Shown: one piece after another, positions 1 through 12,145 of the stretch | How the letters are laid out: each line of letters begins with the position of its first letter | Position numbering within the stretch: position 1 is the first letter of the stretch | From: Hyphochytrium catenoides | Lineage: Eukaryota > Protista > Hyphochytriomycota | Assembly (NCBI GenBank): GCA_900088475.1 | Contig: FLMG01000334.1 | Location: forward strand, 1-63,209 | Direction of reading: 5' to 3' | Length of the DNA: 63,209 nt | Position numbers and translations under genes: made by a program | The notes under the pieces: model-generated | The model's database searches: none | The model's input: the letters and a program-made list of their open reading frames with translations, nothing else | Told to the model about the DNA's origin: nothing

Positions 1-1311
1 AGAGAGAGAGAGAGAAGCCCATCAGCGGATGAGCTTCCGGAAGGGCGAACAACAAGGCGAATAATGAAGAGAGAAGCTGGAGAGCAAATGCTAAAAATAG
101 TCACCACTCTGGCTGCCAGTGCCCGTAGCACCTTTTGCAGGTTAAAGCTTGCTTTGCTCGTCTCCCCCCAACCTAACAGGACGGAGAGCTGGCACGAGAG
201 AAGAGAGAGAGGGAAAGAGTAGAGCGTTGAGACCATAAGTACACATGAGAAGAAAGAGACACAATAAGAAGGATTGAGAGAGAGACACAGAGAGAGTCAG
301 AAGAGGAGAGAGACAGACAGACAGTGAGAGAACGAAGACACAGAGAGAGAGAGCGAGAGTCGGGAGAGGAAGACGCAGAGAGCAAGACATATGAGACAGA
401 AGGAGGTAGAGAGAGACAGCGAGATAGAGATAGAGAAAGCGTCCGAGAGAGAGAGAGAGAGGAAAGTCACCAAGAACGAACGATAAAGCGCGTCTCAAGA
501 CGTGTGCTGCCCTATCGCTCTTTGTTCCGCCTGCTTATCATCAATGCATCGAACTGGGTTGGCACAACTCACAGCCTTTCTCTGCTGCTCAGACTGCGCA
601 TCATCTCTATCTTGGAGCAGCCTTGGGCTGTAACGAGGAGAACCGGGAGACATGTGACTGACTGAGTTCAAATTGGAAGAGAGAGGCGAAGAGATATGTG
701 AGAAGGAGATATGAGAGAGAGAGAGAGAGAGCAATGGATGGACGGCCGATAAATGGTGTCATCAGGAACATTTCTTCCTTCCCCGAACAAGACAAATGAC
801 GTCAGCTGCTGTTAACCTTCTTTCTTGAGAAACGTAAGGCAGCGGCAGGAGGCGAGAGAAGAACAAGCAGAAACAGAGAGAAAGAGAGAGAGAGAGGAGG
901 AACAAGGGAGATACGATGACCTAAAGCCGTCCAAAAATTAAAAGGGTGCGGCGGAAGCGGCAGAAGGCAACAATTACTATTGACAGGAAAGAGTGCATCG
1001 ACGCTGAGGAGAGAGAGAAGAGGAGAGAGTACGAGAAAGAAAGAGAGAGTGAAGAGAGCTTTGGAAGACTGCAGCGGTTCACGGAATAACGGCCGGACGA
1101 AGGAGGAATCTCCTCATCTTGGAAAAGCAAGCTAAGCGCTTCCATTTATACACAGAATTTATCTCTTTTTGTTCTGTTTCCATACATAATCGCCGCTTCT
1201 CCCCGCGAGTCTATAAGTGCTCAAATAGATAGATAGATAGATAGATAGGTTGATTGAAGAGAGAGAGGGGAGGAGAGACAGAGAGAGGGAGAAAGAGAGA
1301 GAGAGGAACAG

Positions 1312-1352
<41 letters not shown>

Positions 1353-1620
1353 GAAGAGGAGAGAGAGAGAGAAGAAAGAGAGGTAGAGAAGAGAGAGAGA
1401 AAGAGAGAGAGAGAAAGAGGTAAAGAAAGAGAAAGGTATAGAGAGGGGAACAACTATAGGTTGAGAAAGACCCATTGGCGACGAGTTCTAAGCCACGAAA
1501 GCTTTAGTCCCCGCACTACAGAGAGAGGCAGAACGAAAGAGAGAACAAGAGAGAGAGAGACACACACACACACAACAGAGATAGAGAGAGAGAGAGAGAA
1601 AGCGAGTGGACACATATATC
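1..1620. repeat. (AG)n/(GA)n-rich low-complexity microsatellite region, with short (GATA)n and (CA)n tracts
   Basis: Long imperfect AG runs are directly visible, with (GATA)n near 1227-1246 and (CA)n near 1559-1574. The ORFs here are SL/ER artefacts. Confidence 0.9.
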
Positions 1621-1662
1621 GATGTACATCTCAGCACAGCCTGTCCACCACGATCAATCAAC

Positions 1663-4600
1663 TTATCCAATCTTGTTCCTCTTCAGTCTAATCTTGAGCT
1701 TCATCCCTGTGTACAGCTCGCAGCCCGGAGCCAGACCGCTCCAGACGTAGATCTCAGGGACAGAGACGCCAAACTTCTCTGCCACGCTTCTCATACTCTC
1801 TCTCGGATAGTTAAATGTATGCACCGCGTACTCTTCCTCTTCCCTTCCTTCGTCTCCACCAGCAGGAGAAGAGAGAAGAGAAGAAGTCTCTCTCCCTGCC
1901 TCTTCGCTGGCTCCTCTTCTCTCAGCCATTGAAATCTCTTGTCGGACGACTTTCCAGGTTAGTAGACGGCCGTCTGCTGTCACGGCCAGGAGCCTGCGTG
2001 GGTCCATCTGAAGGTCGAGGATAGGAGAGAGAGTCTTTGGCTTTATCTCTTGAAGAGTCTCTCCCGTTGTGAAGTCAGAGAGGAAGATGAGAGGCTCCTC
2101 GTTGCCCACGCAGGAGAGAAGAAGTATGGACGTAAACTGCAGTATCTTTACTGGGCCTTTGGGAAGAGAGAGAGAGAGACTTCTCTTTTCCTTTTCGAGG
2201 TTCCAGACCATGACTCTTCCCCCAGTGTCGCCCGTTGCTAGGTTGTCGTCAGTGGCAAACATAGCCGTGATGGAGGTCAGTCTTCCTGTCTCTCTCTCTT
2301 TCTGCACGTGCTCCAATAGCGTTGTCTGACAGCGAAACTTTCTCAGAGAGAGCTCTCTCTCCTCGTCTTCCAAAGCTGTGCCAGCGTTGTGCTGAAGGAG
2401 AGAGACGCTCTTCTTTCCTGATCGCATGTCTCCTGTGTCTCTCTCCTTCTCTCTCCATATTCTGACCTTCCCATCTGCAGTTCCAGTGATTACCAGGGCT
2501 CTATGGGCGATGATGGCGGTAAGAGAGCGCGTATGACCTTGTAAGACTTGATGTCTCTCTATCCTCTCTCCTCCTTTCTCTCTCTCCTCTGTCAGGCTCT
2601 CTCTCTTCCTTCTCCATATGAAGACTGAGAGATCAGCTGCGCCGCTGACCAGCAGCCCGTCTCCTGCTTTCAGAGCCGTCACTGTGGACTCATGTCCTCT
2701 GAGTCTCTGTCTGGGCTGCCAGTCTTCTAAGGACCAGCAGATAATAGTGGTATCTACACTGCCGGAGAAGAGCCACGGGCCGTGGAAGGAGAGAGCCGTC
2801 ACTGCCTTGCAATGGCCCAGGATCTCCATCTCTTCTCTCTCTTCTTCACCAGGAGACCCTAGATCATCGAAGGTCTCATCTCTCTTGCCTCTCTCTTCTT
2901 TGATCTTCTTTGTTGTTGGCAGAGTGTGGTCGAGCAAAGCCTGATCTTCAGGCTTGTTCTCCGCAGCGCCGTGAGAAGAGCGGCCCCCTGCGGGGAGGGA
3001 CGAGGAGAAAGAAGAAGGGGAAAGAGAGAAAGACTCTCTCTTTCCCTCTCCATGGAAGACATGGCTCATTTTGCCGTCCATTCTATGGACAACGATGTCC
3101 TTCTCTAGCGCACAGACAATGAGAGGAACGCCTCCGTTCTTCGCCTCGCCTAGCACGTCATTAGACCGAAGATTTCCTGCATTCAAGGCCGCAAGACGGT
3201 ACCTTCTCTCCTTGCAAACACGGCCTATAAGCTCTCCTGTCTCCGCCCGAAGAGCAATATGCAGGCGTTCTCTATCGTCGTACAAGTTCTTGAGCTGTAC
3301 CTGAAGATTTGCCGCCTCTCTCTCTTCCTCTTTCTCTCTCTCTTCCACTTGGGAGAGGAGAAGATCCAGCTTCTCTTTTAGGAGAGAGACCGGGTAGCGT
3401 TGAGACGATGGCACTCCCGTCTTTCTCTCTTTGTTCTTCAAGAAGTCTCCATCGAGAAGAAGGTAGCAATCCACTTCCATGGTCTTTGCCTTTCTCACTC
3501 TCTTTATCTCCGCTAGCACCGTCTCTTTCTTGCTCGCTAAAGCCTTTCTCTCTTCCTGGTTCTTGTCTATCGCCTCTTTCTTTCTCTCTATGGCCCCCGC
3601 TATCTCTTCCAGGTCATCTCTTAGCCGCGGGAGCTGCAAAGAGCATTTTTCTAGGGAAATGTCTCTCTCTTCCTTCGCAGAGAGACTGTTTATCTTCATT
3701 CTAATCCTCTCTACTCTCTCGAGCCCATCACGGATGCGGCTGTATGTCCCTCCGCGGGAACGGAGCTCCTGTCTCAGTCTGTCACTCTCTATCTTGCTCC
3801 CCGTCGCTTCTAGGATGTCTGCTACTCTCCTTTCTGCGCGAAGAGAGAGAGAGAGATCATGTCTCTCTTTCCCAAAGATAATGACTCTGTTCAGGAGGTC
3901 AATGGCCTTTGTCACCGAGCCCATTTTCTCATTGACTTCTGCGAGCTTAAGGAGAGCTGCGGACATAAGCTCAGCCGTCATGGGATCGATGGAGGATGGA
4001 GAACGAGCTGCCTCTCGCTTCTGGGAAGGTTGAACCGTTAACTCTCTCTCTCTTCCTGGAGAGAGAGGGGCTACGTTTACCCTTGCTTTCTCTATCTTTT
4101 CTCCAGCCTCTGGGGACGCGGGGCAGCTCTCGCTTCCTCTCTCTTGTCCCGCCGCTGGACTATCTTCTGAGCCAGGTCCTGCGTATGCTTTTGTGCTCTC
4201 TCTCCTTCCGGTTCCTTCTTCTCTTCTTCTCTCTGTTTTTCGTTTATGTCTTCCTCCTCCTTCAAGCGTCAGCAAGCCTTCGTCACTGCCACTCTTGTCC
4301 TTGACGGTCACGCCTTGAGAGAACTCTTCCATAAGCTTTAGCTGTCTCTGGAAGCAAAGAAGCGCCTGGTTTAGCTCTTTCTTCCTAAGAAACAGATCTC
4401 CCGCTTTCTCATAGCCCAGTGCCGCAGCATGGACCTTCTCTCTCTCCATGTCTTCTCGGATCTGCGCGTCATAGAGAGAAGCAGCAGCAGAGAAGTTCCC
4501 TGCCTCCATCAGAGCTTCCGCCCGGAGATACTCTAAGAGACGTTTATCGTCTGTCAGACGGAGACGAAGGATGTCTCCTCTTTTTTCGCGCGCTTCCCGT

Positions 4601-5703
4601 TCTCTCTCGTTCGCTTCTCTCTCTTTCTCTGTTTCCTCCTTTCTTCTTGTCTCTCTCACTAACAAGTGAGGATCTTGTCCCATAACTGTGAGCGCGGAAG
4701 ATGTGGAAGACGAGGTGAATGGTCTGGTCAGGGAAGAAGATAAGGGAGAACAAGGGCGCGAAGAAGACTGATAGCTTTCCTTCTCACTCGTGGAGCAGCC
4801 GGCGGGGGAGAAGAGAGAGGGTTCTCTCTCTTCCTCTGTCTCTATCACGGTCAGATCTTTATACACCTTTAGAGCATCTCGTGTCATCCTCTGTCTTGCT
4901 AGTGCAGCGCCAGTGAGACAGAGGGAGCCGCGACTCGTGGAGCCTAAGAAAGAGGCAGATGTCTCTCTCTTTTGATCTTCACTCTCGTCCACCACTAGAG
5001 CAAGGGCTTGCAGGTTCTCTCTCTCGCTTTGGCTCGCAACCAGGGCGCGCCACGAGTTCCATCCTCTCAGAATCATGGCGTTGGAGAGCTTACAGTCGAG
5101 CTTTCTCCAGAGAGAGCGGCATCTCTTTCTTCTCTCTCGGTAAGCCTGCCATTGTCTAAAGTAGTACAGACAGAGAGAAGAGGAAAGCACCTCTCCCACA
5201 TGGTGGCTCTCTCTCATCTTCAGCATTTGCTCTCCGTCCTGGCAGAAGCGGAACAGTGCCGCACGGCGATCGGAGAGTCTCTCCTTCAGCTCCAGCAGCC
5301 TCTTCTCTTTCTCTTCAAGTTCTTTCTTTCCCTTCATCAGACTCTCTCTTGTCTCCTGCATCTCTCTCTCGCTTCTCTTCAGCTCTATCCCTAGCTCTTT
5401 CTCTAGAAGAGGCTTTGAGAAATGCTGCAGTTTCCCTGTGTGCATAACGTCAGAGTCTAAGGTTTGGCCCTCGAAGCGTGTCACTCTTTCGAGCTCCGCC
5501 ATCAGTTCTCGGCGGCGGTGCTCCAACTCCCAGATTCTTAGGCCTAGAATGGGCTGACTTCCTCGTAGTTCTTTCTCTTTCTCTTCTTCCTCCGCGATGC
5601 TTCTTTCTAACTCCTTGATCTTCTGATGGAACTGCTGTTCTCTATTAAGAAGGAGGAGGTGTTAGAGAGAGAAAAGAGAGAGAGAGAATGAAGAGGGAGA
5701 AAA

Positions 5704-5742
<39 letters not shown>

Positions 5743-7021
5743 GAGAGAGAAGGAACGAAGAGAGGATGCCAGTGATCGCATATACACAGTTTGCGACACG
5801 AAGGGGGAGTGATAGTATCATTAGAGAAAGAGAGAGCGAGAGAGAGAGAGANNNNNNNNNNNNNNNNNNNNNNNNNNNNNNNNNNNNNNNNNNNNNNNNN
5901 NNNNNNNNNNNNNNNNNNNAACAGTTCCAGCTGATGAGGGGACAAATGCTGTTTGGCCCATGACTCTCTTTCTCCAGTCTCAACGGTGGGAGAGGAGCCA
6001 CTGGGAGAGAGAGAGGGAGCTGTCTCCTCAGTCTTCCCATCCCCTTCTCTCTCTTCCCCATTGATCGAGGGCACCGTCGGTGTCTCTCTCTTGCTTTTCT
6101 TTATCTCATCTTCAGCCATTCTCCTGCTCAGCGTTTCTATGAAATATTGTCTCTCGTACCGCGCCAGGACGCCTGAGAGCAGAGCAGAGTCCACGAAGGG
6201 AGAAGAGGAAGTTTTCGCTTTCTCAAGCTCAAACTCCTCCGCCAGGCGAATGTCAGGCGGGACTGAGGACCAAGAAAGGGAGAATAGAAAAGCACAGGAG
6301 AGAGACAGAGGGTTAGGAGAACCGAGAGTGCTGAACAGAAGAGCGAGCGAGCGGCGAAAGTGAAATCAAGAGAGAGAGTATAAAAGAGCAGAGAGAGAGA
6401 GAGAGAGATGGCAAGAGTCAGAGAACGAGAGGAGAGAGTGAGATAGGAGAAAGAGAGGGAACGAGAGAGAGAGAGAGAGAGAGAGAAAATGGAAGCCGTA
6501 TGGAAGGGCGAGGCAGAGGCAGAGAGAGAGAGAGAGAGAAGACAGTCCAGCCCTACCAGGTGACATCCAGGAATCAATAATGTTAGAAGGGGAGCTCTGG
6601 ACGTTTGCCTTGCTAACTGCGATCACCCTCACGTTCTCCAGGCCGGTTCCAGGAGCAACTGGCACCTCTGCAGTGAAGAGAGAAAGAGACGGAGAGAGAG
6701 AAGAAAGACAAGATAGAGCAGAAAGGGAGAGCTTTTCCTCCTGCTGCTCCTGGTTCCTCTTTCTCTGTTCACTCTCATAGAGATGAGAGAGACTTCCTAC
6801 CATTATCCTTCTCTTGAAAAGAAGGAGATAGGACTGAACCTCGCTGCCTCCGTCTCGGAAAGGTTCTTCCCAAGCTAACTGGAGGTGGCTGGCAGTGTGA
6901 CTGAGAACTTGGAGCCGCTGAGGAGGAGAAGGACCCGCAGAAGCTGTTCCAGCGAGAGGGAAAGCAATGAGAGAGAGAGAGAAAGATAGACATTGACAGA
7001 TAGAAAGAGAGAGAGTGAATG

Positions 7022-7085
<64 letters not shown>

Positions 7086-9434
7086 AAAGAAAGAGAGAGA
7101 GAGGAAAGAGAGAGGGCCGAGGGTTGAGAATGTGAGCTGCGAATGAGGAAAAGACATGGTAAAAGAGAGGAAAGAAGAGGGAATAGCAATGAGGGAACAA
7201 GTTGAGACCAAGAGATAGGGCAACGGCAGGGGAACCAGATGCAAAGAAAGTGGATCATCGCGACCCGAAAAGCGAAACGGAGACTAAGTGGAGAGAGAGA
7301 GGAGAGAGAGAGCGAGACAGGAATAAGGAGAGAGAGTTCAGAGAGGAGGAGGAGAAGAGAAGAGAGCGTTTGGCAGCAGTAATAGAGCCACACTCCGCCA
7401 AAGGAGGTGACACGGAGGAGGAAGTCTGAGAGAGAGAGAGAGACTCTGTCGATCAGGCCGAGCAATGACAGGAGAAATAGCTTGACTCCTTCCCCTTGCT
7501 AACTCCGTCGAAACCTCACCCTCTCTCTTGGTACTCTGGTCTCTCTTTTTTTCTCTCTCTCTCTCTCTCTCTCTTCCTCTCTCCCCTATTTTTCTTCCAC
7601 AGTGCATCCCCCTCCTTCCTCTCTCCCTGTCTCATGCCTTCTCTCTGTCTTGTCCCGTCTCTCTTCAGGTCAAGCTCTTCTTTCTCACCTTTGGTCGTCA
7701 CACTGGTCAGCACGTTACTGGGCTCGCTGAGTCCATAGATATTCTTAGCTCTCACGGTGATGTTGACGTACTCTGTTGCTTCTTCAAGGCCGTCCACCTC
7801 AGCGCCTCGGTGCTGCACAGGCGTGTGGAGGCACCAGCAAGACGTGGGACGGTCAGGGAGAGAGACAAGTTCACGGAACTGGTTGTTTTCTCTTTCTCTC
7901 ATTCTCTCTCTCTTTCTCTTGTCTGAGCTGACTTTCCCTGCCCTTGTGATGGACACAATGTAGTCAATAATGGGCCTTCCTCCATCAGAGATGGGAGGTG
8001 TCCACGAGAGAGAGAGACTGTGATCAGACGTTTCTATGCATTGTAACTCTGTGACAGAGTCCGGTCGGGAGCCAAAGTCAAGAGCGCGCCTATCGTCTGC
8101 TGGGACAACCTCTTCTGGGACTGTAGAGGAGAAGGGCAGAAGAGGCAAAACAAGAGACTGAGCGAGGAAAGGAGAGAGAGAGAAGGAAAGAGACGAGAGA
8201 TAGAGAGAAGGAAAGAGAAAAGAGAGAGAGAGAAATAAGGCAGTTAAGTGAGTGAGACGGAAGGAAAGGAAGAGAGAGAGAGCTCCAAGGTAAGAAGAGA
8301 GAGAGAGATAGTGAGTGAGAGAGAGAGAGAGAGAGAAACAGAATTTAGGCTAATGAAGAACTCCGTGAGGAAGCGTCTTACTACGGCTGGGCTTCGGTTC
8401 TGGCCTGCTCCGAGTGCAGATTTGTCTATGATCGCTCATAAGATGGGGGAGAATTTTCTTCCTGCAGCCCGGACAAAGAGGGACAGAGGACGGGAGAGAA
8501 CTCTCTAGTAGCACATCCACCTCTTCCTCTGCCGTCCGCCAGATCCTTTTCTCTCCTTTCTTCTTCTCTTCTCCTCTCTCTCCCTCGCTGGATTGTGCGA
8601 CCTGCCGCAGCTCCTGCAGCTTCTTCTCGAGAGCCTCCACCTTCTCCAGGGTGATGCGGGCATCCTTCTGCTTGCTCTGAACGTTAGTCCCTAGTTGACT
8701 GAAGGAAGCCATAGATAGAGGAGTGAGAGAGAAAGGGAGAAAGAATAGCGTGAGGGCCAGGAGAGAAAAGTAAGAAGAGAAGAAGAAGGTAAGCTTTGAG
8801 CATTAGCTGGACTGACGACTTGGGGGCATCTCTATAGAGAAAAGCACCCTTCTCGAGCACCAACGTTCTACTCTCTCTCTTTCTCTCTTGCTCTCTTTCT
8901 CTTTGTAAGCTCTTTCTCTTTCTCTCCCTTTCGTTCTCTCCTTCTCCCTCTCTCTCTCTTTTTCTCTCCTTCTATCTCATCTCTTCCCTTTCTCTCACGC
9001 TAGCTCTCTGTAGGTTCCGATATCTCTCCCAATCAAAGCTGGCTAATCCTCCCGGACCGAACTTACTGAAGCTGCTTATGTACGCTGAGCTGCATGTTTG
9101 CCGCTATTCTGAAGGGACTCTGAGAGGTATCGCCGTCCAGCCGCAGCATTGAGAGTAGAGGACTCTGTCCCACTAGGTCCCGAAGCTTTGCAGAAGAGAG
9201 AGCGGAAGAAGAGACTGTGCCACTCTTAGCGTCTTCTCTCTTCTTTTCTCCCTCCAATGGACTTGCACCTAGCTTTGATGCTGCGGCGAGAACTCGACTG
9301 GAAGAAGAAGGAAGGAGAGGAGGCTTCCCCGTCTTTTCTCCTCCATCGACAGTGCGATCAGTGGCGCTGGGTCCCAGAGTAGAAGAAGCCGTGTTTCTCC
9401 CTCCTGCCTTGAGAAGAGGTTGGGCGGGAGCCAT
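1663..9434 (-). CDS. Large multi-exon protein: TRAF-like Zn finger, two fibronectin type III domains, coiled coil, TPR-like helices, WD40 repeats, C-terminal LysM-like domain
   Basis: The terminal ~4-kb exon (acceptor ~5642, TAA at 1663) has WD40 motifs (GHCKAVTALSFHGPWLFSGSVDTTIICW; GHESTVTAL...SGAADLSVFIW), TPR-like segments and a LysM-like end (ESMRSVAEKFGVSVPEIYVWSGL...LYTGMKLKI). Upstream exons carry FN3 motifs (LSWTPPISDGGRPIIDY...VRAKNIYGLSEPS; LAWEEPFRDGGSEVQSY) and CPGC-x11-H-x3-C. The start codon, the junctions near 7000-7500 and the N gap are not fully resolved. Confidence 0.75.
5852..5919. other. Assembly gap (68 N) next to an AG microsatellite
   Basis: Run of n characters in the sequence. 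Confidence 0.99.
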
Positions 9435-9899
9435 AGGAACTAATGCTATGTTGACGAGGAAAGGAATGAGAGCCGGACGGAGAGACCTTAGTCAGGTCCA
9501 TGAATGCATTACTCGGATGTACGCCTGTTCTGCCAGACAGTCTTCTGTCAGGATCAAGAGACAAGCTCTTGCAGTTTCTGCATGTTCTTGACGAAGGCGG
9601 TCACGGAGAAGAGAACTAGAAGGATGCAAGAGAGAGGAGAGAGAAGGAGGGAAAGGAACGTGAGCAGGGAATTGAGGGACACGACAGAGAGTGTTGAAGA
9701 GCGCCACACATGAGAGCAGTACGTGGATCTAGACAGAGAAGTTTTCTTAAGTCAGAAGTCAGTGACCTCAGTGAATCTAGCGACCAAATGAGTAAGAATA
9801 TAGACAGGATAAAGAAAACGACATAGATAATAGGCAAACTATAAAGGCGGAGGGAACGAAGGGTAGACGGAAAGAAGCGAAAGAAAAGGTGTCGAAGAG

Positions 9900-10167
9900 A
9901 AAGAAGTTTAGAGAAAGAGAAGATGGAAGGCATGCCTAAAAGGAGGGAGAAAAAGCGGGAGAGACAGAAAGAGAGACAGAGAATGAGGGAGAGAGTGGCC
10001 GGCGGAGTGTGGAGGAGAGAAGAGAGTGTCAGAACGCGGTTAGAGAGAGGGATGAGGGAGAGAAAGAGAGAAGGGAGAGAGAGAAGAGAGGAGAGAGGGG
10101 AGTGAGGAGTGAGCGAAGAGAGGGGAGAAGAAAAAGAGAGAGAGGGGGAGAGAGGGAGACAGAGAGG

Positions 10168-10215
<48 letters not shown>
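9900..10215. repeat. (AG)n microsatellite tract upstream of the WD40/FN3 gene (CT-rich on its sense strand)
   Basis: Directly visible. Confidence 0.85.
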
Positions 10216-10216
<1 letters not shown>

Positions 10217-10967
10217 ACTGTAACTCTGTAACCAACATTCCACCTGCAACTTCACTACTGTTTCGCATCCAAACGGCCGATAATCAGTCAAGGATAATCA
10301 CTCCTCCACCTCCTATAGTAAAAAACCATCATTCTTGATAAAGCTCATCGTCTTCCGCTTGTCCTCAATCTCTATAGACCTCTATATGGAATCTGTACAA
10401 TAGTATCTTCTGTGTGTCGTTTCGTGTTTCTCTCCAAAGGGCACACTCTCCTCCGAGGACCAGGAAGGGCAAACGCTGCCACCTTCGGATCATCTCCTCC
10501 TCCTCTGCATCAGGAACTCTGCTTGCTTTGATGATCGGCTGTTGTCGCCACCTTGCTGAAGCTTCTTCTGTCGTCCTTCGTCCTCTTTCTGCCTCTCTCA
10601 CTCTCTGTCTCGCTCCTTTCTCATCATTCTGCCGTTGTATGTAGAAGAACTGTAGTGACTGGCACGTACAATTCTTGCCTCACTACGTAATCCACCCGCA
10701 GCACGGACAGCGGGGCCAACTGGTCAGCATTCTCACACCAGCAAGGAGTAACATTGGTACCGTCCTCTGCTAACTTCTGGAGGCTCATATACGGGTTAGT
10801 GCTTGGCCAGCAAGAGAGAACAAGAGATTTTAGGGTTACGTGATGTGAAGTCGGGAACACCAACCGAGGGGCCCGTACCACAAAGCACGCCGCCTTGGAG
10901 TTGACGGAAGCATTTTCGTATCTTTAGCCCTTTGGGAGCCTGAGGTCTTGTTCCTGTAACAGGAACA

Positions 10968-12011
10968 ATGGAGCCTTTGAAACTTAGGGGTGGGCTGACA
11001 TTGGCTGATGGCCCAATGTCATCTCCGCTTGGCTCAGGTAGACTATCGTCAGTCGCAGTCGCTCTTTGCTATGTCACTTGGCAGTTTATTCGGCAACATC
11101 AACTGGGTGCTGCCCTGGAAGTTACCCCTCCTAACATCTTACCACTTGATTCCCGGTAGAAAGCGATAATGTCCAGAGCTTGCTCATTAAGATCGCTAAG
11201 AGTATCTTACTCTCAAATTCTTTTTTTCTCTCTCCATATTTTCCTTGTTTTTTTCTATCTAGTCTGCTCTGTCTCTCGCCATTAACTCTTTCTCTTGCGC
11301 TCTCTTTTCTCCTTCCGGTTCCTACGTCTTCTTGGCAACCTCATAACCAATTCTCGCGCTGCTTTCAACGGTCTCTGCTTCAGGTTCACAGTTGATTCTT
11401 TGGGTCTGTATCGCCTTGGTTGGATTCATAATGCTTCTGGTGGTGGGATACTTTGTGTTCCTTTGCTTCAAGGATTACAAGCACCATGACATGGGTATGC
11501 GACGACAGCTTCCCAGGCACTTCTGCTTACCTGTGCACACTTCAATTTCTCCTCGCTCGTCTGATTCTGGTCATTCTGCTGCGTTTGTTGCCGCTATCTC
11601 TCTTCATCTAGGCCTCTCTTTCTTTACCTCTCTGTGCACTGTCGCCTGTCGGTTCCTCTCTTGTTACTCTATATTGCAAAATATGTATCCCACTTTTTCA
11701 TTGAGAGCCTCTCTTCTCTCTATCATATGCCTTGCCATAGTTGAGCACAAGGGATAAGTGGCCGAGCATGCTTCTCACTCCCACTACCTCCTCTTTTAGC
11801 TAGTTTTGTCTCCACAATCTCTCGCCCTCACCCTTCCGTTATCCGGTCTCTCTATTTCTCAGAGGACTCGTACACGCTTTTGGCTGAAGAGGAAACTGCA
11901 CCGGGCCATCGGACAGGGCTCATTGATCTTTCTAAAGCAAGCACAGTGAAGCTCGCGAAGGCCAGTACGAGGCACAATCTCTCAGAGGATAAAGAGGAAT
12001 TCATTGGATAA
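10968..12011 (+). CDS. Small single-pass membrane protein, 109 aa, three coding exons (10968-11037, 11384-11494, 11863-12011)
   Basis: Two phase-1 GT-AG introns join in frame to give MEPLKLRGG...GSGSQ-LILWVCIALVGFIMLLVVGYFVFLCF-KDYKHHDMEDSYTLLAEEE...EEFIG*. Total 330 nt including the stop. Confidence 0.65.
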
Positions 12012-12145
12012 CATAGAAGGGGACGGGTAACCTCGACACCCTGTTCCCCTATTTAAATAGACTATTTACCACCTTCACTGTCAGCCTTTATCTATACTTG
12101 GCTGGCACTATGAAGACCATTTCTCTCCAGCGTCACCAGTCGCGA

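Noticed and set aside
142-1691. Many ORFs rich in SL or ER dipeptides
   Set aside because: They are translations of AG/CT microsatellites. Fragments such as 921-1145(-) might be 5' exons of a gene leaving the window, but no product can be supported.
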